Positions 1 through 11,945 of a DNA stretch of 64,000 nt are shown here, piece by piece. The notes beneath the pieces are model-generated. The model did no database searches, was not told where the DNA came from, and saw only the letters and a program-made list of their open reading frames with translations. The first letter of the stretch is position 1, and each line of letters starts with the position of its first letter. The translations under genes and the position numbers were made by a program. Source of the stretch: Phoronis australis. Its lineage: Eukaryota > Animalia > Phoronida. Where the stretch lies: positions 84,702-148,701 of the forward strand of contig NMRA01000405.1 in the NCBI GenBank assembly GCA_002633005.1. Reading direction: 5' to 3'.

Positions 1-56
1 TGAAAATGCGTGGGAGGCGCTTAATGGGGCACAGGCGCTTATTAGGGCCAATACGG
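1..56 (-). mobile_element. Terminal fragment (TIR end) of the Tc2/pogo-like HIRAN-carrying element, running off the window start
   Basis: The reverse complement reads TA|CCGTATTGGCCCTAATAAGCGCCTGTGCCCCATTAAGCGCCTCCCACGCATTTTCA. It aligns with the left end of the element at 18969 (CCATATTCACCCTAATAAACACCCATGCCCCTTTAAGCACCCCCATGCATTCTCA). Flanked by TA at 57-58. Confidence 0.8.
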
Positions 57-699
57 TACTCAGCATAAAGGTTCTTTCCAGACAAGAACGTCAGATGTGT
101 CATATATTTGGCTTTGACATTTTCAATTACACGTTCTCCCTTCCCCGAATGACCAAAATTATCCAAACACGAGGCTACTTTTTAGAAATTCCCAGTATCA
201 CATTAAGTATCAGCTTACTCAGTAATAGGATACTTGAGCACATGTACATTAGTTTTTACTTTCTCCAGCTCCCAGTGAGACGTCTTTGCCCGGGCATGGA
301 CAACCAAGAACTTTAACTTGTCGCATAAGCATGAATGGAATGGACGAAGTCTTCCCAAGCAAGCATTTCACTCAACACCTCTCGCTTTTGCACTGTGCCC
401 TGGATGCCTACTGTTGAGTTCCTACACTGAAGTCAAAAAGAACATCGATCCCTCAACTTCACGAACAGAAGAGTGAAAGTAACAACAAAGGAAAGGAGGT
501 GCAGGTGGGACAGAGGAGTGACTTGCAGAGGGAATCGCCAGTTGGTGGCAATTGGGGCAGCACAGAACTTTTAGGGGGACGTACTCATGCCGCCACTGGT
601 ACAATGGAAGCAATGACAAATCACCATGTTGTGTCTAAATTAGGGAGATATTAATGAATATAGCGAGAATACAAAGCGTAAAAATCGCACCCACAACTA

Positions 700-2580
700 C
701 ACCACAAACGACATACTTCTAGGGCTGTTTATTGGTATCAGAATAACGGCGACTAGGTGGCGCAGAATATGCTCAACCCATTCGAAAATCAGAAGGTGTT
801 GCCATCACTCAAATGAAAACATATTTGCCATATTTCATGAAAATCCAACCATTGAACACCAGATATACAGAGGTAAACACAAAAAATAGAATAGGCACCA
901 AGAGCCACAGTGATAGCTGGATCCGTGCAAAAGAATTTGTCATCTGTTGCCATTATCAAATTTGACAAAGATCTTGGAAGTGGTTAAGTGATAAAGCTAT
1001 GGGTGCAAGAAAAATGGCCACTAGAATATATTTGCTCCGTAGTAAAGATCTTGTCAACGGTTTAGGAGATAATAATAATATAGCCATGGGCATACAAAAA
1101 CAAAACTGCCACTAGGAGGCGCCACAGTAGTCAAAGTCGTTGGAAAATCATCAACTGTCCTCTTCATAATAAGAACATAAATGCCAGTTTTCACAATCAT
1201 CTTAGAGTGGTTTGGTTGCTAGAGGGGCGGACGCCAAAAATACGGGACTCGAAAATAGTAAAAATGGTCAGTAGGTGGCCCAAATTGCCTCAAATCCATG
1301 TGAAAACAGGAGCATAGCCTCATTTCATTAATACATGCCCATGTGCCGAATTTCATGAAAATCAGTTGAGGATCCTTGAAGATACAGAGGAAAATGTAAA
1401 ATACTATAATTGCCACCACGGAGCACAGCAGTACTTGGGTCAATCTGAAACTCGTCGCTCTCTGTCGTCAACCCCATAGAAACACACTTGCCAAATTAAT
1501 ACTATTCTGCAAGGGGCTTAGGAGATACAGCCGTGGACGCCGGACGTCCAGATAGAGACGATGGCAATATGCAACCACATATAAATATGTGGGAGCATAA
1601 AAAGTGTCGTCGTCTCCTAAACAGAGAATCAATGTGCCAAATTCTATGAAATTCTGTCAATGAACTCAGAAGATGCAGAGGTTAACTTAAAAAGTGAAAC
1701 TGTCACTAGAGGGCACAATGGTGGTCAGACCCGGCAGAAAGTTGACATCATTTGTGGTCACATTCAAAACCACTTGCTAAATTTCACAATCACTTTTCAT
1801 AAGGTTAAGGAGATATGGCTGTGGGCAAAAATAATCACTAGGGGGCGCCACAGTAGTCAGCCAGTGCAAGTCGACAACAGGAACACAACTGCCAATTTTC
1901 ATAATGACCTTGGGATGGTTTGGCAGATGGAGCAGTGGACATAAAAAACCAATTAAACATTGAAAATGACCACTACATGGCATAGCATATATCAAATTCA
2001 TACAAAAACAGGAACAGGCCATCTTTTTAACAGAAACCCATTTGCAAACCTTCATGAAAAGGTAAACGGAAAAATAAATAAAATAAAAAATCATTAGGAG
2101 GCACACCTGTAGTCGGATCATTCCAAAAGTCGTTGTCATTTGTTTCCACACCCCTAGAAAAATACTTGCCTAATCTCACAAAGATCCTACAAGGGTCAAG
2201 AAGATAAGCAATAGCAGATGCAAACCAATAAATTAGGGGTGACAAAGTAGTTGGGCTCATCCAAAAATCAATTACAGCTATAGTCTTTTTCGGAAAAAAA
2301 CACATTTAGTCATTACAATCTTCAAAATGATCTTTCAAGCAGTTTTCAGGCGAGCGAGCCAAACACCAAAGACAGACTCAAAAATAACAAAAATGGCCAC
2401 TAGGTGGTGCAGAATATGTTGAATTTGTCCAAACAGGGGAAGGCAACGTTTTCTCCTAAATACAAACCTATTTTTCATGTTTTATGAAGATCCACTAAGG
2501 AACTCCAAAGATACAAAGGTAAACATAAAAAATAAATTTGCCACTAGGGGATAGAGTAGCTGTTACATCCATACCAAAAA
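700..2580 (+). mobile_element. Degenerate tandem array of ~120-160 bp units, Helentron-associated (HINE/pearl-like) non-autonomous element(s)
   Basis: Recurrent motifs (t)gCCACTAGGTGGCGC, TTTCATGAAAATC and GGAGATA recur at 120-160 bp spacing. A HINE-like terminus lies at ~1535-1603: GGAC-type microsatellite, palindrome CCACATAT-aa-ATATGTGG, then GCATAAAAA. Confidence 0.6.
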
Positions 2581-2664
2581 GGACACCAGATGCTCAGACT
2601 GCAATATGCACTTACATTATGTACAGTGTGCCCATGAAAATGACAATAACATAAGCATACTTAC

Positions 2665-2818
2665 TGCGGTAGCCAAGCCAATAAGCTTCGAATTGTATCC
2701 TCCTGTCTCTATCACTTGACAAGGATGCGTCATATAGAGCACATCATGCTGTTACAGTCGATACAAGTCAGCAAACTCTTGCGATTTGCTGGAATCTTCT
2801 CAAAAGCCACAGCCTGTT
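2665..2818 (-). other. Candidate exon (terminal, poison or non-coding) downstream of the minus-strand gene
   Basis: Acceptor gtgttttatcAG| at 2819 and donor |GTAAGT at 2664. Spliced in phase 1 from the 4089 donor it reads EQAVAFEKIPANRKSLLTCIDCNSMMCSI* (stop 2732-2730). All three frames contain stops. Confidence 0.35.
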
Positions 2819-3663
2819 CTGATAAAACACGCAACTTGCATACACAAATGATCGACGCTCCACGAAACCTCGAAATGAGCAGCAACTGCAATTCTGCTCA
2901 ATAAAACCGCGCGTATTACAAATGACAACAAAAAAGGGATACGTGTCGCAATAGAAAAATTACACAGAAACACAGAAGTAGCACCTAGTATTAAATCATG
3001 TTGTTATTAAAAGATGCACATAACAAAAAGAATCGCGAATAAAAACAAAACACGAACAAGATCTAACAAAAATTCAACCAAATGCATAAGACAAAGTCTA
3101 CCAAACACGAGTCTCGTGCGGTATACTAGAACAAGTCACGCAATTCATTGGTTACAGAGGTGGAAACCCTGGGTCGATGTTGGTTTACCACAAATGGCTA
3201 ATGAAGATACTAGCTACTATAGACTGCCGCTACTGAGAGCATCTGCAGATGGTCAGATAGCAGGCCCTCAAAGACCCAATTTGGGGACCGAATATCGGCC
3301 TCATTCCCGTCTGAAAAAATGTCTAAAAATAAAATAACATTCCCTTCACTAGGACCAAAAAATTTCCCGTTGAATGACAGAAAACTACTCCGACGTTCAC
3401 TTCAACACGCACAGAATGCTAGCGTCACGTTTTATGAATTGCCGATTCCTTCATATTCCACCCAGATCCTAACTATGTTCATAGTTGTGCTCTGCTGAGA
3501 TCAGGATCTGCCTTTGTTTATTGTTTAGTATTGGCTACTTTACGCAGAGCTAGAGAGAGGTGAGGGGTGGCCATCTGAGGCGTAAAATCGGTGGTTTTCA
3601 TGGGGGTTGGTTATTTTTCCTCACTCAAAAAGTCCTCTTCCAGAAGGCACTGGCACCTTCCCT

Positions 3664-3761
3664 CTAAGGTGAGTGAGGGTCCTGCATGGTCGCAACAGAC
3701 AAGCACAGGTGATCAGAACAGAATGACACTATTACAGAAGCATTTCCTTCCTGCATATGGC
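3664..3761 (-). CDS. Candidate alternative terminal exon of the minus-strand gene
   Basis: Acceptor tatcttcatgttcAG| at 3762. In phase 1 it continues the ORF as GHMQEGNASVIVSFCSDHLCLSVATMQDPHSP* (TAG 3666-3664). No domain recognised. Confidence 0.3.
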
Positions 3762-4088
3762 CTGAACATGAAGATAACGAAATAGGCTAATTTTGAACAA
3801 AATGATCTCAAAAATGTCCTAGTCAAATTGGCAATTAGATATGGGGATCACACATGGTTGCTATGAGGCAATTCAACTTTAGACGGATTGGCCAACCATG
3901 GCAAAATCAGTGGCTGTTTGACACTCTTTTCCTTACTTGCCACTGTCCTGAATAATCCGTCACGAGGTACATCAAGGTATAACGAAATTTTTTTTTGCAT
4001 GGTTGAGTAACATGACTTACACTTTGCCCTTCAGGCACTGAGCAAGAAGGAGTCTCCTTTAAATTGACTATCACTTACTACAGCTTAC

Positions 4089-4129
4089 CTGTAGACACAG
4101 CGGATGAAGATCTGGCAGGAAATGACACT
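4089..4129 (-). CDS. Coding exon 3 (41 nt) of an uncharacterised minus-strand nuclear-type protein
   Basis: catctttacAG|AGTGTCATTTCCTGCCAGATCTTCATCCGCTGTGTCTACAG|GTAAGC. It accepts phase 2 from the 6311 donor, reads (R)VSFPARSSSAVST(G/E) without a stop, and ends in phase 1. Confidence 0.7.
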
Positions 4130-4269
4130 CTGTAAAGATGACATGGAAGATTACAGATTCTGATTCACTACCATTAAATGAAGAAAAATGCCAGACACAT
4201 AACTTACAGCGCACTCAGTTGTGAGCCAGAAAACATTTCTAATCCGAGTAAGAAACAATTTGAGACCAG

Positions 4270-4510
4270 GGGCCCATTGCAAGAAACTGACTTTTGACTT
4301 AAATTTAAGACCTGTTTGAACTTCCAAACTTTAAAAACTTCCACAACCTGTAAGTTAATCAAACTTAACACAAAACTCGAGTAAAAAACTTTACGTCAAA
4401 CTAAGATCACTTTCTTGGAACGGACTTGAGACAAATTGAAGTTATTTCTTAAAACTGACTTAAATTCAAGATTAGTCTTAGCTGCTAAGACACTTTTCTT
4501 GGAACGGGTC
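4270..4510. mobile_element. MITE with imperfect TIRs (possibly PIF/Harbinger-like)
   Basis: Left end GGCCCATTGCAAGAAA versus right end TTTCTTGGAACGGGTC (reverse complement GACCCGTTCCAAGAAA). AT-rich interior with repeated CTTAA/TTAAG motifs. Confidence 0.4.
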
Positions 4511-5066
4511 AAGTCTTTATTACTGCAAGAGTTCAAATCAAAAGTTTTACCCAATGCCAGGTTACAGCATCATTTAAGGAAACAACCACACTACACCCTG
4601 GCTATTCCCCTTAAAGTGGCATTCCATCCAAGAAATGAATTTCAGGATTTAGATCACTCATTGCAATAAAACTGGTCTCAATGTGTTCTTTACTGGGATC
4701 AGATTGATTTCTTCGTTTGCAAAGAACTGATAATAAAATTATTCGTTGAGAGCATAGCCAAGGCATAAAATCACTAGCTGTGACAAGCAACGTAGAGCGT
4801 ACTCTTAGGTTGGCTAGGACCCTAGAAAAATTCTAAATTTGGCAAACTTTGCAACATCATACCTCAGAAATGGCATAGCAGATTCATATGAAACTTCCAC
4901 TGTTCTCCAAAACGCTGGTCACATTATAGCAACCGCTGTTTTGCTATGACTGTACCTTTATTGTTTCTTTCTAAATTTTACTGAAAATGTGTCGTCATGC
5001 GCCCAAATTAGTGGCATATTAGTTAGTTAATCAATTCTACAGGCCAATTTGTATTTTCTGTAAATA

Positions 5067-5981
5067 CAATAAATTTCAGTTAAGTCGGATCTTCAGTCAA
5101 ATAGGACAAAGTTCCATGGAACAGTTAGCTTGGCATTAATACCTTTAGTTAATAAAGTCCTACGTGTAAGTCAGGTTTCTTAATTTGGATCTTCGCTTAA
5201 CTCGGAAAAAATTCTAGGAACAATTGACTAAATTCCCCCTTTTACCTCTCTCAAGTTGTAGTCCGTCACAAAACTTTAAAAAATCACTGAACATGCATGT
5301 ACATATATAACTTTCAATAATTTACTGACAGATCGCCTAAACTGTAACAGCACATGGAGTCTTGGTTGATATTCACGATGCCTTGAACGATAGCCCAAAT
5401 GGGCTGATAAACTTTTTGCCTACATGAGAGTGCGCCTTCCGTCGTGCACGTTCTGCTCTGCAGCAGATTGAAAAAAATACTGTTTTAGTACGGCCTACAG
5501 TATTTTGCGGGGGATCTTATTCCAGTGCAATACAGGATTATATGATTTTTTTAATTTTGCATGTTTCAGGCCTCATTAATCTCGTTGTCGGCAAACCACA
5601 TGCCAATGTTCAGTTGTGCACTGAAAACTAAGCCGATAAGTTTCACAAGTGACGCAAATTTAGTTATTCAGATTTCTAGTGTGCAAAATGCATTGTCATT
5701 ATTGCGGAGGCCTTTACGGTACGAGCATGGCAGCGACATTGGTGTTGCTTTGGGAAAATGCGTGGTCGGCAAAAAATGACTAATGCAGTAAGCTAACTTT
5801 TATTTGTAAAGTTTAAGTACCCTACAACCTGAAAATTATTAAGGCATGACTAAGGTGATCACTGCAGTAGGCATAACCTGGGTCAAACTTCTTGTTGGTC
5901 AATCTTCAGATGAGTCGGAACTCGCTTAACTCAAAGGAAATCTTTCCGTCCCGTGGGATCCGACTTAACCAAGGTCTACCG
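5067..5981. mobile_element. Tigger/pogo-like non-autonomous DNA element
   Basis: Left TA|CAATAAATTTCAGTTAAGTCGGATC, right GATCCGACTTAACCAAGGTCTACCG|TA. Imperfect TIRs share GTTAAGTCGGATC, with TA flanks and internal repeats of the terminal motif. Confidence 0.55.
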
Positions 5982-6310
5982 TACATATTTTCACTTAGTT
6001 AAATTCTATAGTTGTATAGATATTTGGATAAATGGACTGGCGCCAATAAGGTCCTACATAACTTTGAATAACAATGAACTGTCAGTTTTTTCAAAGCCTG
6101 GACATCACCTCTTATTTGAATAAGGAACAATTTAACATCATTATCATAATGAGCTAATTCTATTCCAAAAGGGAATTTCTATTCCAGTATCTTTTTAAGT
6201 TGGTAAATGGTATAAAATGGAAGTTTATCTTCATGCTGGAAGGCAGGTTTATATCATAGCTACTTTACATTACAACAGGTTAAACTTGCATTATGAATAC
6301 TATCGTGTAC

Positions 6311-6797
6311 CTTTTAGCCTGGCCCCGTCCTCGCACAACAGCACCAGGTCGGGGCACGCCTCCTCTCATCAATGGGCCTACCCTAGAGCCTCTTGCGCGT
6401 GGAAATCCACCGCCCCGTCCAGGACCTGGGAAACTGTGTGATGTCGATGGTACGGGTAATGAGACATTGTTCTGTGGTAATGAAATATGAGGCTGGGTAG
6501 GTTGGGCTGGGAAGGAATGAGGTAACTGGCCCGTATGCCCTGAGAATAGTCCCCGCACTGACTCCAAGCTGCGAATGTCAGGTTTCACGTCCTCAACTGT
6601 CGACACAAACATCTGACTGTCCATTGCTGACACGTCAAGTTCAGGTTCCGTTTTGAGTGTCGATATTGCACTGTCCGTATTGTCGCCTTCTGATTGGTCA
6701 GCCTCTGTCTCCACCTGTGGGCTAGAGCAGTCACCGCTTACAATGCCCGGCCAGTGACTCGGATCATCTGTTTGGAAGCCTGGCTGATTATCCCCTT
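6311..6797 (-). CDS. Coding exon 2 (487 nt): acidic, SUMO-motif linker followed by a Pro/Gly/Arg (RGG-like) tract
   Basis: Lies within the longest ORF (6280..6810). Acceptor gtgctatttatAG| at 6798 (phase 1) and donor AAAAG|GTACAC at 6310 (phase 2). The protein has LKTE and VKPD psi-K-x-E/D motifs and GRGGGFPRARG...RGGVPRPG...RGRG. Confidence 0.85.
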
Positions 6798-7377
6798 CTA
6801 TAAATAGCACAGAGTGACAGGTGACAACTGGTGTGATTACAATAGCAGTCTAGGAAAGTACACCACAAGTTTCCCCCCCCCCGCCCCCGTCATAACGGCG
6901 TGTTCTGCTAACAAAAACGGTTGGAAATGACAATTATGGCAAGAAACATTCTAGTTACACAACAGCTTAGCCACCGCTTCATTTTCGGTCGTGAGGGAAA
7001 GCTACTCTACTCTGACAATGAAGTTGGCTTTTACCCAGATGTCAGGGAATTCTGGGTCATTCTGTCTGAATACTTTTGGCGTATAACGTAAGAATGAAAA
7101 CTCACTAAGTCATGAAAACCAACATCATAGCAACATTATAGAGGTGAAACACTTTGGATCAACATTTTTTGGGGCAAGTCATGATTCGCCACTATAAGCT
7201 TGCAATTGCGATAAATGTGCGCTACCTTACATAGAGTCATTTTATTCAGCAGCGTTGCATTAGCCTGCCACACAGAAAGGCGAGAATGAGAGGTCACTTC
7301 AACTAACTGGTTAGTAAGACATGCAGACTTAAGTTTTGGTACATCAGACTGACTAAGATCAACCAAGGAGCAATTAC

Positions 7378-7534
7378 CTTCATTGGTTAGGATCATATGA
7401 CCGTACACTTTATACTCGGCTACTTTGAGGTCCAGCCAGGCCACAAAGTGAGCCACTGTGGCACCCTTGGCTCGCAGTATCATTGAGCAGAAGTCAAGAC
7501 GAAGAGTGTCAATATCAGGAGCTGAGGAAGCCAT
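7378..7534 (-). CDS. Coding exon 1 of the minus-strand gene (MASSAPDIDTLRLDFCSMILRAKGATVAHFVAWLDLKVAEYKVYGHMILTNE)
   Basis: Acceptor ctctcgttttccAG| at 7537 is followed by AG-ATG. The strong donor GAAG|GTAATT at 7377 is phase 1 and joins in frame to the 6797 exon. The sequence is amphipathic and helix-like. Confidence 0.8.
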
Positions 7535-7943
7535 CTCTGGAAAACGAGAGCTATGGTTAAAAGAGCTCATTCTTACATATGGCCTAAACATAGGCATCAG
7601 GTAAGGCTGAATAACTCCAGTGACCAGTGGTCAACCAAGGCTACGCTTTAGTGCCACTTGACACGACCAACTTTATAAAGCACATCTTGAAATTATAGGT
7701 ACATCACCTTGAAGCTTTTTTTGAGCAAGGACGGCCAGGACGGCCGCTAGATGAGTCTCTGCTACAAACTAAATGATCCCTAAATCCAACGAAATTGAGT
7801 TCTCTAATAACCTAGCTTGTCCTAGAATACTTGTGAATGAGAAGTGGTGCGGACAATTTTAGGAAACCACAACGAAAACAACAGTGGAACAGATCATCAC
7901 AGTAAACTCGAACGCAGAAACAAAGTGGCGGGAAATTCTTTAC

Positions 7944-8150
7944 CTTCTAAGCATCACTTCCAGAGTAGGGCACGGACTAATTAATAAATTTACAGTAAGC
8001 CGAAATTAACAGAAACATGTGTCTGGGATAATCAACGAATCGTATTTTCAGTAAAAATGACAAGAGAAAGGTTTTCTTCTCTTTTCAACTGCATGGTTTA
8101 TTTAGGTCACGTCACTACACAGAGTACCTAAATATTTGACAGACCTAAAT
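7944..8150 (-). promoter_or_regulatory. Probable 5' non-coding exon and promoter of the minus-strand gene
   Basis: Donor TTAGAAG|GTAAAG at 7943. An ETS-like GGAAGTG lies in the exon and a CRE/E-box-like TGACGTGACC at ~8105-8114. The TSS position is inferred. Confidence 0.45.
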
Positions 8151-10320
8151 AACGGAAATATTACTGGAAGCAAAATCTGAGAAATAAATGACATCAATAT
8201 CTGTTTTGTTGTAGTGAATTCAAAGTCCGGCACCGTCTCGTTTTCATACAGTTGCCTCGTTTTGACTTCATCGAGCGAGGGTGTAATTCAGAGCCCTAAG
8301 TCGACCCAGCAGACGAAAGCATGAAACGGTTATTATAATTGAAACTGAAACAGTGATTTTTTTTCCACAATGAAAACATTTATTGAACTGAAAATCTTCC
8401 GCAATTTCATTTTTTCATTTGTCTTAAAACTCAAGTCAAACCCTGGCCGAACGTGCTTTTGTTACATCAATAAAGCAGAGATACTTAAATTGTAGTAAGA
8501 TAGCACTTGCTTTGGTCGTCTGCATTGATCTTTACTAAACATTGTGGTGCTGTCATCAGATTACATTTCATAGACAATTCTGTTGAGAACAGACCTGCGT
8601 TCTAGCAGCAAATATATCAGAACACACAAGCTGCAATTTAGCTAGTTGGTAAACCAACCCTTAAAGCCTAACTTCAACAGAATTTTGTTATTTTAGATGC
8701 ATTGGGCTAAACGAGAGTTTAATCATGTAAATGTAGCCCCGAAAAATGATAACTGAAGCCACCTTTTCGCGCCATATTGTGTTACCACGAGATCACTGCA
8801 CAAAAAGAAAAGGCTGATCGCAAGTTGTATTGAATAGGAGTCTGAAGAGAACACCATTGCGTACAGATGTTATTAGCAGCTATTTAAATTAAAAGGTGAT
8901 TCTCACAGTGACATAGACAAAAGCAAACCAATACGCCTAACAGTTTGTTACATTTGACAATTTACGGCACTAGTAGGCTCAGAGCGATGCTCTTATCATA
9001 CTGTAGGATCCAAATTTACAGGCATTACCATTCAAGATGGGCTTTAAACACAGTTGGAAGTCCGTACACTGAAAGTGTAGAATTAAGTCACACAAATCAC
9101 TAGCCAGTCACCTAGCTGTATGAAGACTATCTTCAAACAGCTAGATATCACTGTATGTTGAGCTCCGACAGACCTCGAAATTGCACAGTTCTGCTCGTCA
9201 CCTCACCGTGGAACTTGTATCAACATGTAGAGTTAAAGACCCGCGGGGGTGCATGCAAAATCTGGGAGTCAACCGACACTCATCTTGCCTGTTACAGCCT
9301 TTTTAGTGAAAAACGATCTTATGAACGTCATTTTCTCGCGTAATTCTCCGTCTTTTGTAGCAAAGAAAAGTGTGCCATCATTTTGAAAACAGGACGTTCA
9401 TGACACACGCACCAAGCGCCACTTCCTAATTTTTGTGACATTTCTCAAGTGATGATGACAGCTTCACAGCAGCAAAATTTGTTCTGAAAAATATATAAGT
9501 TTTTAGTATCAAAATACTAAAAACTTATAATGAAGTGAAACCAGTTACGATACACAACCTCGTGAAACAACAAGTTGATTGAAGAATCGGTAAAAAAAGA
9601 AATTGCATGGCCAATAGGTGGCCCAAGCCAATTCATAACTTTTGACAAAAGACTGCACAACAATTTTAGAAGCAGAATAACGACAGAACCCCAATTTTTC
9701 CAACACCAGTAAATACTTTACTAGTTTACTCAAGGAAGAGAGTAGTTTCTAATAAAACTTATTATGAGTCAGATTTTCTCGGGTCAATTTTTTACACACA
9801 TTGACGGAAAGCTATATAATATATTTAGTATAGAGATTTGGGTTATTGTTTCCATATATTAACCTGCACTCGTCGAAAATACGATCGCGTGAACACACTT
9901 ATCGGCAGAAATAACACGGCGAATATAACTGCACGGAAATCAATCCCTTCGAAAGAACTTATTCATTAGATTCGACATTTTACTATTCGCTTGTCACTCC
10001 GCCATCTGTCCTTGGCTTGGAGAGAACGTCTTTTTGTTCTGTTCTGTACAAAAAGTGACTGGGTGACAGTAACTTACTCGACAATCTCCACATGTCAGGA
10101 AGTTCTTGTAGCTGTAACACTACAATGCCACGTTTCCGCAAACACACTACGAAATCTAAGATTATTTCGAAAAGACAAATAAGGATAAACAAACCAATAA
10201 CAGGCTACACACCAGATGAGCAGCACGCTGTCTCTTAAAAATGGCGAGAAAACAATGTTGTTTGGCGGTAGATGGCGCTGATTATTGCAGACAGCAGTGT
10301 TGTACGCGATCTCGAGTGAA

Positions 10321-10680
10321 CTCGCTGCCGCGTTCCCTGTGTGCCAGCAGCAAGCAGGTATCATTTAATTTTCATCGGGAAATTTTTACCACCGGCGTTT
10401 CTGATTGGTTGGTCGAATTCTCAGTAAGTAGCGCTTTACGCAAAAAAACTGAAAGGACTGATCGAAGGAAGTGTAAACCAGAGTGTGGTCTCAGTGTAGC
10501 CTACGTGTACGCTAAACAAATCCGGCGGTGCTTAAAATTCAGGTTCAAAAATGTGAGTCCAAGAAAATTGTGGTTGCACCTGACTTTTGTTTACGTTACT
10601 GTCCTGTATTCATACAGTATGAATAACACACCAGTTAAATCGTTCAGATGATGGCCGGTGTGTTTTATGCGTGCCGCACG
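10321..10680 (-). mobile_element. Diverged, partial copy of the 9-bp-TSD MITE at 49205-49798 (opposite orientation)
   Basis: Begins CTCGCTG..CGTTCCCTGTGTGC..GCAGGTATCA and shares ACCGGCGTTTCTGATTGG, AGCGCTTT.CGCAAA, CGGTGCTTAAAATT and ATGAATAACACACC.GTTAAATC with the reverse complement of 49460-49798. Confidence 0.75.
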
Positions 10681-11289
10681 ACGCCGACTGGAGCTCAGTA
10701 TCCCGGAAAAACAAAAACGGCACCGCCAGCGTGTGTAAACCCCGAGTAAACCAACTTGGAAAAAATGAGGGGGGGGTTCACTCTGAAAATATATTTTTTG
10801 CATTGTGAATTGCTGTTATGAAAATCAACGCGTTTCGAGTCTTCGTGGCTGATCGCCAAAACCCCGGAGTTCAATTGTGCGCGCGCTTCCGACGACATTT
10901 CTGAAGTAGCTAAGCATTTTAGATGGATCCACCGCTGAAAGAGCAGCTCTATAGCTGATTTCTTTAGGTAACTAGTTTCTTTACTCTAAGATATGTTTTG
11001 ATTTGATTTGGGGAAATACTGTGGTGACGCAACCCCGATATTCAGGCGAATTGACGGGCAACGTTTTTACCTCATCTGTCATGCCGTGTCATCCTATTAC
11101 ACCCCACACGTTTGTAACTCGAATTTGACTGGTGTATTGTAAAGTTGTCTTGCGCAATATCATACAATGTACATGTAATACTTTTGAAAAAAACTCGTTT
11201 TCCGAAGAATTGCTATTATGGCGGGCTCCGTGCTCTGGTCGCGAGTCTGTTTGAAGATCATGGCACTCTAACAAGTTATGTCTACACAA

Positions 11290-11945
11290 GGAATGACCAA
11301 GGGGCACTCACATTAACAAAGTGACCGCATTTGCGAACAGTGTACAGTACCAGAAATTGCGGGGAGGCTGTATTTTCACAACAAAGTCTTGCGGGAATCG
11401 TGCAATGTTCAATGTGCCTTCGCCCTAGTGCCGACCTCAACACCTACCGTCTTTCTACCTGCAATAAGCACCACTGAGGTTTTCTATACTGGGAATTTCC
11501 GCAGAAAGGCCCACCCGACGAAACGCCCATGCCCATGGGCATATATTTGATGTTAGTACTTTGGGTTTCAAGCGTTCACACATTGGGACGTTTATTTCGA
11601 AAATTGCAAGAGATGCAAATGGGTCCTTGGATACATCGTCAAGGTTTGAAGTAGTCCATGATGAACGGAACAAATTTAGTTGCGCATCCTGTAAGTCTTT
11701 TGAATGGACTTGGTAACCTCAGGGGGCTTAGTGCCAACTGAGCTGCGAAACGAGATGCTGCATTGTAGAGGTGAACAAGCTCATTGACACAACAGTTGAC
11801 GAAGTGCAAGCGTTGGGAACAAACGTCGAAGATGTCTGGGTAGAATGGTTCTAAGACAAGCAACCCATTAGATCCGATATACAGATTCCTCGGCAGTCTA
11901 GACAGCAGGAAGATAGGACCAACGTTGCTGGAGAAACACCCAGGT
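11290..11945 (+). pseudogene. Decayed hAT-superfamily transposase fragment (ZMYM1/PRKRIR-like)
   Basis: Frame-shifted translation gives ...SLLNGLGNLRGLSA..., then LIDTTVDEVQALGTNVEDVWVEWF*DKQPIRSDIQIPRQSRQQEDRTNVAGETP. This resembles the 'PR..xRQ..R.N.pa.tp' segment of PRKRIR/ZMYM1-type hAT transposases. Contains stops and frameshifts. Confidence 0.55.

Noticed and set aside
7136-7597. Single-exon 153-aa protein as given in the ORF track
   Set aside because: Strong splice sites at 7537 and 7377 delimit the likely exon. The flanking residues are intronic read-through.
10078-10111. Additional upstream minus-strand exon (ttacAG|...|GTAAGT)
   Set aside because: The polypyrimidine tract is weak, it sits next to transposon sequence, and it cannot be linked to the gene without transcript data.
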